A stretch of 30,530 nucleotides of DNA from Gloeobacteraceae cyanobacterium SOY_34_metabat_159 (GTDB lineage: Bacteria > Cyanobacteriota > Cyanobacteriia > Gloeobacterales > Gloeobacteraceae). Position 1 is the stretch's first letter. The number at the start of each line of letters is the position of its first letter. Where the stretch lies: positions 1 through 30,530 of the forward strand of contig JANNPH010000071.1 in assembly GCA_031399965.1 (NCBI GenBank). Reading direction: 5' to 3'. A model generated the notes under the pieces. The model saw nothing but the letters and a program-made list of their open reading frames with translations, made no database searches and had not been told where the DNA came from. The position numbers and the translations under genes were made by a program. Positions 16,833 to 24,601 of this stretch are shown here, piece after piece.

Positions 16833-19800
16833 ATCTGGGTGACGCCCCGGACGTGTCCGCTTTCCATGGCCGTACAGAAGAACTGGCGCTCTTGAAGGGC
16901 TGGCTTCTGGAGGACAACTGCCGACTGGTGGCCCTGGTGGGCATGGGCGGCGTCGGCAAGACTTCCCTTGCTCTAAAGTTGTGCGAGCAGGTCCAGGGAT
17001 CCTTTGAGTACGTGATCTGGCGGTCGCTGCGCAACGCGCCGCCCGCCCAGGACCTGTTGGCCGAGAGCATCCGTTTTTTCTCGGCCGGCGTTCAGAGCGA
17101 TCTGCCGCCGGGCCGCTCCAGCGAGCGCATCCTGCTGTTGCTCGATCACCTGCGCCGACACCGCTGCTTGATCGTGCTCGACAATGCAGAAACGGTGCTG
17201 GGTGGCCAGGGTTCGAGCGGCTACCACGAGGGCTTCGCAGACTACAGCGAGCTGCTGCGCTGCATCGGCAGCACCACCCACCGCAGTTGCCTGGTCCTGA
17301 CCAGCCGCGAGAAGCCCCAGGAAGTGGCCGTGAGCGAAGGGCGGACCCAGCCGGTCCGCTCGCTTCTGGTGGGCGGTTTACCGGCGGAGTTCGGCCAGAA
17401 GATTTTGCTTGAAAAAGACCTGCGTTCACCGAGCGACGAGGCGGCGCGCGCCCTGGTCCAGCACTACTCGGGCAATCCTCTCGCGCTCAAGATGGCGGCA
17501 AGCACGATCCAGGATCTCTTCGCGGGCAGCATCTCCGACTTTATGGCCCAGGGCACGACTATCTTCGGTGAAATTCGTAACCTGCTCGATCAGCAGTTCA
17601 ACCGGCTCTCCGAAATCGAGCGCGAAATCGCCTACTGGCTTGCCATCAACCGCGAGCCAGCTTCTCAAGCGCAGTTGCGCGAAGACCTGCTCTCGCCCGT
17701 CTCCAAACTGCGGCTGCTCGAAGCGCTCGAATCCCTCGGGCGGCGCTCCCTGACCGAGTCGCAGTCCACCCGATTTACGCTACAGCCCGTCGCCCTGGAA
17801 TATTTGACCGGGCGGTTGGTAGAACAAGTCTACGAAGAACTGGTCTGTAGCCGGCTGGTGCTCCTGAAGAGCCACGCCCTGCTCAAGCCCCAGGGCACGG
17901 AGTACATCCAGGGTATGCAGGTCCGCTTTATCCTGGCACCCCTGCTCGAACAATTAATGGCCACTTTCGGCGGCAAAGAAGCGGCCGTACAACACCTCAG
18001 CCGTCTGCTGCCGGTCCTGCGGCAGGACGGCACGGAGCCCGGCTACGCCGCAGGCAACTTGTTTAATCTGCTGCGCCGCCTGGGTGCCGATTTGAGCGGC
18101 TGCGACTTTTCCAACTTGAGCGTCTGGCAGGCCGACCTGCGCGGTGCCGATTTGCATCGCCTCAATTTTTCCGGCGCCAACCTGGCGAAGTCGGTGTTCA
18201 CCGAGGCGGTGGGCAACGTCACCTCCCTCGCCTTCAGTCCCGACGGCAGGCTGCTCGCCACGGGCGATGCGGGCAGCGTCGTCCGGCTGTGGCAGGTGGC
18301 CGACGGCAAGCAACTGGCCCTCTGCGAGGGCCACACGAGTTGGGTATGGGCGGTCGCCTTCAGCCCCGACGGCAACTTGATCGCGAGCGGCAGCATGGAT
18401 CAGACCGTCAAATTGTGGGATGCCCGCACCTGCGAATGCCTCAAGACCCTGCGCGGCCACGTCGGCCGCGTGCTGACAGTCGCCTTCAGTCCTGACGGGC
18501 GCACCCTGCTGAGCGCTGGCGACGACCAGGTAATCCGGCTCTGGGACGTCAGTTCGGGCGAGCCCGGTTTGCACCTGTCGGGCCACAACCGCTGCGTTTC
18601 CTCCGCCGGCTTCAGCCCCGACGGCAGCTTGATTGCCAGCGGCAGCATGGACCGCACCGTGCGCCTCTGGGACACTTCCGGTCAGTGCCTCAAGACGCTC
18701 GCGGGCCACGACCACTGCGTTTTTTCAGTCGCCTTCGCCCCGGATGGCCTGACTATCGCGAGTGCCAGCCAGGACGAGACGATCAAACTCTGGCAGGTGG
18801 CAACCGGCGAATGCAGGGGCACCCTGCGCGGCCACACCAGCGTCGTCCACTCGCTGAGCTTCAGCCCCGACGGCCTGACCATCGCCAGTGCCAGTCAAGA
18901 CGAGACGATCAAACTCTGGCAGGTCAACTCTCTCCAGTGCCAGGGCACCCTGCGCGGCCACGAAGGCTGGGTGTGGGCAGTCGCCTTCAGTCCCGACGGC
19001 GAGACGATTGCCAGCGGCTGCGCCGCCCGGTCGGTGCGCTTCTGGGACACCAGGGCCGGGATCTGCCGCATCGCCCTGCAGGGACACGCCAACTTGATGT
19101 TCTCGGTGGCCTTTGCCCCCGACGGCCGTACGCTCGCAAGCAGCAGTTCCGACCGGCGGGTTTACCTGTGGGATGTCGAAGGCAAAAGCTGCCGGGGTAC
19201 GCTGCGCGGCCACGAGGGTTGGGTACTTTCGGTCGCCACTGCCCCGGACGGCCGCACGCTTGCGAGCACCGGCATGGACCGCACGATCCGGCTCTGGAAT
19301 ACCCGTAGCGGCGCGTGCTCGAAAATTTTGCGCGGCCACGAGGGCTGGGTCTGGTCGGTGGCCTTCAGTCCGGATGGTCAGACCATCGCCAGTGCCAGCA
19401 CCGATCAGACTGTGCGGCTGTGGGATGCGCGCACGGGGCAGTGCTTGCAGGTCCTGCGCGGCCACAGCGACTGGGTGTGCACGGTCAACTTCAGCCCCGA
19501 CGGCCGCCTGGTGGCAAGCGGCAGCCAGGACGGCACGACCCGACTCTGGCAGACCGATACCGGCGATTGCCTGCATACTCTCTCAGGAGAAGGTGGCAGC
19601 GTGCGGGCGGTGAGCTTCAGCCCGACTGCGCCGCTCGTTGCCTGTGTCGGCGACGAGCGCACCGTCCGCATCTGGGACATCCAGGCTGAAAGCTGGCTCC
19701 ATGTCCTGGAGGGCCACACCAACGGGATCTGGGCTGCTGCCTTTGCTCCGGATGGGCAAACGCTTGCCACCGCCGGTGCCGACCGGACAATCCGGCTGTG

Positions 19801-20098
19801 GGATGTGAAAGCGGGCTGCAACCTGCGCGTTCTGGAGGGCCACACCAATCTGGTCTTCGACATCACCTTCAGCCCGGACGGAAGCCTGATGGCAAGCGGC
19901 AGCCAGGACGAGACGGTCAAACTCTGGCAACCCGACGGCACCTGCGACACCCTGGTAGCGACCAAACCTTACGAAGGGATGAACATCGCCGGCGTCCTGG
20001 GGTTGACCAGGGCTCAGAAGCTCACCCTCAAAGCGCTGGGAGCGGTAGAGATGTTCGCTGAGGACCCCAGTCAGACCCGGCCAGACTCGGGTACTTAG
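16814..20098 (+). CDS. STAND NTPase (NB-ARC/AP-ATPase type) with pentapeptide repeats and 14 WD40 repeats
   Basis: A 1094-aa ORF starting at GTG 16814, inside duplication copy 2.
- NB-ARC motifs: P-loop GMGGVGKT (16940-16963), Walker B [17 protein letters not shown], and the GLPL-like GNPLALKM
- Pentapeptide repeats: [34 protein letters not shown] (about 18083-18200)
- WD40: 14 units of about 42 aa, of the form (A/S)FSPDG...LWD....C...L.GH. Confidence 0.9.
   Translation: [1094 protein letters not shown]
18209..19935 (+). repeat. Intragenic array of 14 WD40 coding repeats (126-nt period), enough for two 7-bladed propellers
   Basis: I counted 14 SPDG/APDG/SPTA blades in the translation. Units 5 and 6 are near-identical at DNA level: 18746-18798 vs 18872-18924, 49 of 53 nt, with a 26-nt exact run. 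Confidence 0.9.
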
Positions 20099-20155
20099 CC
20101 GCCAAATTCCAGGTGCCTGACGAGCCGATGCCAGAAAATCGGTCAGCCTGTCTTG

Positions 20156-20195
20156 TTGACCAGCCCCACGGCGATATATAGTAAGTTACCTAACT
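20156..20195 (+). promoter_or_regulatory. Putative MarR-gene promoter with overlapping operator
   Basis: TTGACC (20156-20161) is followed by TATAGT (20177-20182, 15-nt spacer) inside the run GATATATAGT. The inverted repeat AGTTA-cc-TAACT lies at 20184-20195, ending 13 nt before the MarR ATG. CCTAAC is at 20189-20194. Confidence 0.4.
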
Positions 20196-20208
20196 ACTAG
20201 GCCCTACT

Positions 20209-20718
20209 ATGTTCACACTGCCCGACATGCCACAGGATAGGGCGTTGCTGGAGTTGGCGGACCGGTTCTCTGAATCGGAAGCGACTTCTTTGAGAGCTTT
20301 CCTCGCCTTCCTGCACGTATCTGCTGAGACTTACGAAGCCTACAACGTCCACTTTGCCCGCTACGGCCTCTCGGACGGCCGCTTCAGCCTGTTGATTTTT
20401 CTACTCACCGAGCGCGAGCGGGTGCTGACGCCCTCCGATTGCGCCGAGCGGCTGGGCGTCACCCGCGCGACCGTCACGGGGTTGCTCGACGGTCTGGAGC
20501 GCGAAGGGTTGATCAGAAGGGAGCCGCGCCCTGGGGATGGACGGATGTTGGCGGTACGCCTGACCGAACAGGGTCAAAAACTGCTCGAAGGCATGCTGCC
20601 GGACCATTTTCGGCGGATCACGGCCTTCACTTCCCACCTCACCGAAATCGAAAAAATGCTGCTGATCTCGCTCATTGTCAGGCTGCGGGCCGGGCTGCTC
20701 GCCTTGAGCGAACGTTAA
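20209..20718 (+). CDS. MarR-family transcriptional regulator
   Basis: A 169-aa ORF. The winged-helix core is LTPSDCAERLGVTRATVTGLLDGLEREGLIRREPRPGDGRMLAVRLTEQGQKLL. Confidence 0.9.
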   Translation: MFTLPDMPQDRALLELADRFSESEATSLRAFLAFLHVSAETYEAYNVHFARYGLSDGRFSLLIFLLTERERVLTPSDCAERLGVTRATVTGLLDGLEREGLIRREPRPGDGRMLAVRLTEQGQKLLEGMLPDHFRRITAFTSHLTEIEKMLLISLIVRLRAGLLALSER

Positions 20719-20740
20719 AGCGTCGAATCGGGCATTTTCA

Positions 20741-20781
20741 GGGCCCGCTGCCACTTCCTGGCAGGAAGCGTCAGCGGGCCC
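20741..20781 (+). terminator. GC-rich stem-loop 22 nt after the MarR stop (terminator-like, no U-tract)
   Basis: GGGCCCGCTG (20741-20750) pairs with CAGCGGGCCC (20772-20781). An inner palindrome CTTCCTG/CAGGAAG is separated by a 3x3 internal loop. Confidence 0.4.
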
Positions 20782-20860
20782 CACTGAACACATCGGCGAC
20801 GGGAATCCGAAGGCAAAATAAAATTTTTATTAGCCGCCATACTAAATCGAGATTCTCTGC

Positions 20861-20883
20861 TACTATATGTTTAGGCGCCTAAC
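20861..20883 (+). promoter_or_regulatory. Putative promoter/operator of the ACP-KS-CLF operon
   Basis: TACTATAT (a -10-like element, 20861-20868) is preceded by the A/T tract AAAATAAAATTTTTATTAG. The perfect 12-bp palindrome TTAGGCGCCTAA lies at 20871-20882. CCTAAC at 20878-20883 sits at the same 9-nt distance from TATAT as in the MarR promoter. Confidence 0.4.
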
Positions 20884-21093
20884 AAACAGCCGCCCCACAA
20901 GTAGTCCCGCTGAATCCTTCCCCGATGCTCCGACGCCTTCTAGAAGTCAGTTGAAGCGACGGCCAGCGAACGAAGTTTCTTTATTTTCAGACCCGAGCGG
21001 AACATCCTGCCCAGTGACTCCGCGTGCTCGTTTACCAAGACGGGCTGATTTAGGCAAAACCTTAGACCCTATCAATCTAAATCGGAGCAAGAA

Positions 21094-21363
21094 ATGAACC
21101 TCAACAGCATTGCTCATGTCCTCGACCAGATGCACATCTCGTTTGCAGAGTTGACCGTCGATTCGAAGCTCAAGGCGGATGTTGGGATGGATTCGCTGGA
21201 ACTGGTCGACTTCGAGTGCTTTTTTGAAGAACTATTTGATATCCGTCTCGACTGGGAGACCATGCAGGCCGACCCGTCGGTGCAGGAAGTGCTCGACCAG
21301 GCCCTCTCAAAACTGAGTGCAGGGGCAGTCCAGACCCAATACCGCCACTCCGTGGCTGCTTAG
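21094..21363 (+). CDS. Discrete acyl carrier protein
   Basis: An 89-aa acidic ORF with GGAG 7 nt upstream of the ATG. The phosphopantetheine attachment motif is VGMDSLELVD, with Ser34 at 21193-21195. Confidence 0.85.
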   Translation: MNLNSIAHVLDQMHISFAELTVDSKLKADVGMDSLELVDFECFFEELFDIRLDWETMQADPSVQEVLDQALSKLSAGAVQTQYRHSVAA

Positions 21364-21398
21364 CTACCACTGATCTCAACTGCAAGAGGGCTTATTTC

Positions 21399-22646
21399 AT
21401 GAAAATCAGGCGAGTCGTAGTCACCGGCATGGGAACCATCAATCCGATTGGTGACAACTTGAAAGACTTCTGGTCCAACTGTTGCCGTGGAACCTCAGGA
21501 GTGCAGCCGATTTCGGCGTTCGAGATTCCAGACGGGCAGAGTAAGATTGCCGGCCTTGTCAAAGACGGTGGCCCAATGGCCGCGCCGGTGGACCGCAGCT
21601 ACCACTTCACCCTGGCCTGTGCTGCAGAAGCGCTGCAAATGGCCGGCCTCGACGACGGGCAAGCCGCGCAGAACCTGGACCCAGAGCGCTGCGGCGTCTT
21701 TCTCGGCACCTCCACAGCGCAACTGGGCAGCATGGAACAGGAGTATCTCAATCGAACCGGCACCCCTGCTCAACCCAATCCGCTGAGTGCACCGGACACT
21801 TTTCACTTCAATACCGTCGCCAGGCTCCTGGCCGGGCACTTTAATTTCCAGGGCGGGTACGCGACGCTTTCCACCGCCTGCGCCAGTGCGCTCGATGCCA
21901 TCGGCTACGCCGTGGATGCGATCCGCTACGGGGACGTCGATGTGGCGATTACCGGGGCGTCCGAGGCACCGATTACCCCTTTGATGGTGGCCAGTTTCGC
22001 CAAGATTGGGGCCACCTCCCTGCGCAACTCTGAACCCCAGAAGGCGAGCCGTCCTTTCGACCAGGACCGCGACGGCTTTGTGCTCGCCGAGGGCTGCGGC
22101 ATCCTCGTCCTAGAAGCGCTTGAACACGCCCTCGCACGCGGTGCCCAAATCTACGCAGAACTGCCCGGCCATGCGAGCACCAATAGCTACCACCACATGA
22201 CCGGCATTCCCAAAGACGGCGCGAGCATCGCCCGCTCTGCACTGCTGGCACTCGCAGATGCCGGACTCAAGCCCGCCGACATCGACGCCATCTATGCCCA
22301 CGGCTCCTCCACCCCGGCAAACGACCTCGCGGAGTCAAATGCCTTTCATCAATTGCTTCAGGAGCGGGCCTGCACCGTGCCGGTCACCTCTCTCAAGTCG
22401 CAATACGGCAATCCGCTCTCGGCGTCGAGCAGCATCGAGGTGATCGCGGCGGTGATGTCCATCAACACAGGGCTCATCCCACCCACCATCAATCTGGAGC
22501 GACAAGACCCGCTAATTAAGCTCGATGTCGTTGCACCCGAGGCCCGACAGACTCCGGTGCGCTGCGTGCTGAAGACCGGCAGCGGTTTTTCCGGAATCCA
22601 CTCAAGTTTGATCATTCGCCAATACGAGGGGGCAGCTCATGTATAA
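21399..22646 (+). CDS. Discrete beta-ketoacyl synthase (FabF/KS-alpha-like) with an atypical Cys-His-Asn active site
   Basis: A 415-aa ORF. The start RRVVVTGMGTINPIG is FabF-like. The nucleophile is in LSTACASALDA (Cys161, 21879-21881). The first His is in YAHGSSTP. At the second His position, KSQYGNPLSASS carries Asn338 (22410-22412). PPTINL is conserved. Confidence 0.9.
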   Translation: MKIRRVVVTGMGTINPIGDNLKDFWSNCCRGTSGVQPISAFEIPDGQSKIAGLVKDGGPMAAPVDRSYHFTLACAAEALQMAGLDDGQAAQNLDPERCGVFLGTSTAQLGSMEQEYLNRTGTPAQPNPLSAPDTFHFNTVARLLAGHFNFQGGYATLSTACASALDAIGYAVDAIRYGDVDVAITGASEAPITPLMVASFAKIGATSLRNSEPQKASRPFDQDRDGFVLAEGCGILVLEALEHALARGAQIYAELPGHASTNSYHHMTGIPKDGASIARSALLALADAGLKPADIDAIYAHGSSTPANDLAESNAFHQLLQERACTVPVTSLKSQYGNPLSASSSIEVIAAVMSINTGLIPPTINLERQDPLIKLDVVAPEARQTPVRCVLKTGSGFSGIHSSLIIRQYEGAAHV

Positions 22647-23814
22647 CCACCAACCCTGCGCAATCACCGGAGCCGGCTTTGCAACGCCGATGGGCAACGA
22701 CCCAGATGCGCTCTGGAACACCTTGAAGCAAGGCAAGCCTCTGTTTGACGCCTTCGCACCCCAGCTAAACGGCCCGACCTACCAGGTCGCCCGCGTCCAT
22801 GACAGCACTCTCGACCACCGACTACCCAGTCGGCAGTTGCGCAAGCTCGACCGCTTCACGATCCTGGCGTTGGCGGCCTCGCACCAGGCACTCGCCAGTT
22901 GCGGCCTCGAAATTAGCGACAGCAATCGCGATCGGATCGGCATCTACCTCGGCAACAGCACCGGCGGCTGGGGTTTTGTGGAGCCAATCCTGGAAGCGGT
23001 CTACGCGACCCAGATGCGGACAGCCAGTCCTTACGCAGTCACCGCCTGGTTTCCCTCGGCTCCCCAGGGTGAGATTTCGATCCTCTACAAAATTGGCGGC
23101 TTCAGCAAAACCATCGCCGCCGACCGGATCAGTGCCGGGCTGGCCCTGGAGCAGGCCGTCCGCAAAATTGACACGGGCTCCATGGATGCGATGCTCGTCG
23201 GCGGTGCCGAATCTCCCTTCAGCGGCCTGTTGTTAAACGCCTACCAGGCAAGCGGACACTCCTCAAGCAGCGGACAATACCGGCCCTTCAGCCGTGCGGC
23301 GGACGGTAGCCTGCTCGGTGAAGGGGCAGCTCTATTTGTCGTGGAAGGGGAAGCACAGGCCCGCGCGCGCGGCGCCAATATCCACTGCCGGGTACTGGGC
23401 ATCGGCAAGGGACGCTCTCTAGCCCCGGCCATCTGGAATTGCCTGCGTGCGGCGAACGTACCGCAGGAGGCAATCGACTACGTCGTCCTCGACGGCAGCG
23501 GTCGCCCGGACGCAGACCAGGGCGAGTACCAGGCAATTGCCGAAACCCTCGGCCGCAATCCAAATCTGCGCATGAGCGCACCCAAATCGATGTACGGCGA
23601 CCTCCTGGGTGCCGGCATGGCGGTCGATCTGTTGATCGGCGCATTGAGTCTGGAGCGACAGGCCGTGCTCCCGACCGCGATATCGGGCTTAATCGAAGTG
23701 CCGCCCGTCGGCAAACACGTCCTGGCAGCTGAGTCCTGCCCTCTAGAGTACGTACTCGTAAACGGGCGCGACGAGGCCGGGCAGAGCCTCGTAGTGCTGC
23801 TTGGTCGGGCCTGA
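22639..23814 (+). CDS. Catalytically inactive KS paralogue (KS-beta / chain-length-factor-like partner)
   Basis: A 391-aa ORF. Its ATG overlaps the KS stop (ATGTATAA), and GAGGGGG lies upstream. It has the thiolase/KS fold pattern (CAITGAGFATPMGN, LVGGAES, KSMYGDLLGAG). However, the nucleophile region reads TIAADRISAG with no Cys, and both His positions are Asp (LDGSGRP, YGDLLG). Confidence 0.85.
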   Translation: MYNHQPCAITGAGFATPMGNDPDALWNTLKQGKPLFDAFAPQLNGPTYQVARVHDSTLDHRLPSRQLRKLDRFTILALAASHQALASCGLEISDSNRDRIGIYLGNSTGGWGFVEPILEAVYATQMRTASPYAVTAWFPSAPQGEISILYKIGGFSKTIAADRISAGLALEQAVRKIDTGSMDAMLVGGAESPFSGLLLNAYQASGHSSSSGQYRPFSRAADGSLLGEGAALFVVEGEAQARARGANIHCRVLGIGKGRSLAPAIWNCLRAANVPQEAIDYVVLDGSGRPDADQGEYQAIAETLGRNPNLRMSAPKSMYGDLLGAGMAVDLLIGALSLERQAVLPTAISGLIEVPPVGKHVLAAESCPLEYVLVNGRDEAGQSLVVLLGRA

Positions 23815-23863
23815 CCCGCTGCGGGCGACATCGTAAGGCAGGTGGGGTTCGTGGAGTCCCCGT

Positions 23864-23919
23864 TTGAGAAACTTGTGCTGTATTTCTCAAGCTTAGACAA
23901 GAGTCGTCCTGAAGGACGA
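23864..23919. terminator. Two weak hairpins in the convergent CLF-like / TetR intergenic region
   Basis: The first is TTGAGAAA (11-nt loop) TTTCTCAA at 23864-23890. The second is TCGTCC tgaa GGACGA at 23904-23919. Neither has a clear U-tract. Confidence 0.25.
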
Positions 23920-23941
23920 GGCTTGCACCCATTCCCAGGGG

Positions 23942-24601
23942 TCAGATAGGAGCCGCCTCGACCGGTTGCAAACCGCTGCCTTGTAGCATCAATGTCAGCA
24001 CCGTGCGTTTCCAGCACTCAAAATGTTCGGACTGGTCGATGTTTTCGTCGTAAAAGCCCTGCATATATTGCATCTGCGAAAAATACGAGAAGCAGAGCAT
24101 CATCCCCGCAAGGAGAAATGCACGCACATCGAGATCGGCGCGCAGATAGTTTTGTTTTTGAGCAGCTTCAAAGTAGCTCACCACCTGCTCAAAAGTCTGG
24201 CGGCGAAAACCGAGGGTGCTGAGGTGGGTCCCTTCGCTGGTCACTTCCCAGCTAATCAGGCGCACGTAGAGGCGGTGGGTCGAAAGAAAGTCGAAGTAGC
24301 TGTTGAGCAGGCGGGTAAACATGTCGCTCGGGTGCAACTCTTCTTGCAACAGATGCAGGCTCAGCTCGATCATCGGCTTGAGGTGTTTTTCGAGCACTGC
24401 CTGGTAGAGACCTTCTTTGCTGCCGTAGTGGTAGTAGATCATGCGCTTGTTGATGCAGGCCACCCGGGCGATTTCATCGACGCGGGTGCCGACGAACCCG
24501 AGACGGGCAAAAAACATTTCAGCGGTCTCAAGGATGCGCCGGGCCGAGCTTGTACAGTTTTTGTCCTGGGCTGATTGTGTGGATTCTGGCGTGCTGTTCA
24601 T
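23942..24601 (-). CDS. TetR/AcrR-family transcriptional regulator
   Basis: A 219-aa ORF starting at ATG 24601. The N-terminal HTH is ARRILETAEMFFARLGFVGTRVDEIARVACINKRMIYYHYGSKEGLY. Confidence 0.9.
   Translation of the reverse strand: MNSTPESTQSAQDKNCTSSARRILETAEMFFARLGFVGTRVDEIARVACINKRMIYYHYGSKEGLYQAVLEKHLKPMIELSLHLLQEELHPSDMFTRLLNSYFDFLSTHRLYVRLISWEVTSEGTHLSTLGFRRQTFEQVVSYFEAAQKQNYLRADLDVRAFLLAGMMLCFSYFSQMQYMQGFYDENIDQSEHFECWKRTVLTLMLQGSGLQPVEAAPI

Noticed and set aside
18209-19935. A regular 126-nt periodic repeat that could be mistaken for a CRISPR-like or satellite array
   Set aside because: The units are contiguous with no unique spacers, are only about 50-90 percent similar, and translate in one frame into canonical WD40 blades.
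16503-19965. Several long minus-strand ORFs (16503-17429, 17954-18715, 18725-19576, 19405-19965) and off-frame plus ORFs inside the WD40 gene
   Set aside because: They are antisense or off-frame readings of the repetitive WD40/NTPase coding sequence. Their own periodicity merely mirrors the 126-nt blade repeat.
20867-21097. A 76-aa ORF in the leader of the ACP gene
   Set aside because: Its composition is Pro/Ser/Arg-rich, it has no SD, and it has no coding-like third-position bias. I treat it as untranslated leader.
24023-24574. A 183-aa plus-strand ORF antisense to the TetR gene, and 26466-27179 antisense to mutS2
   Set aside because: The opposite-strand genes have clear family motifs, and these frames have none.
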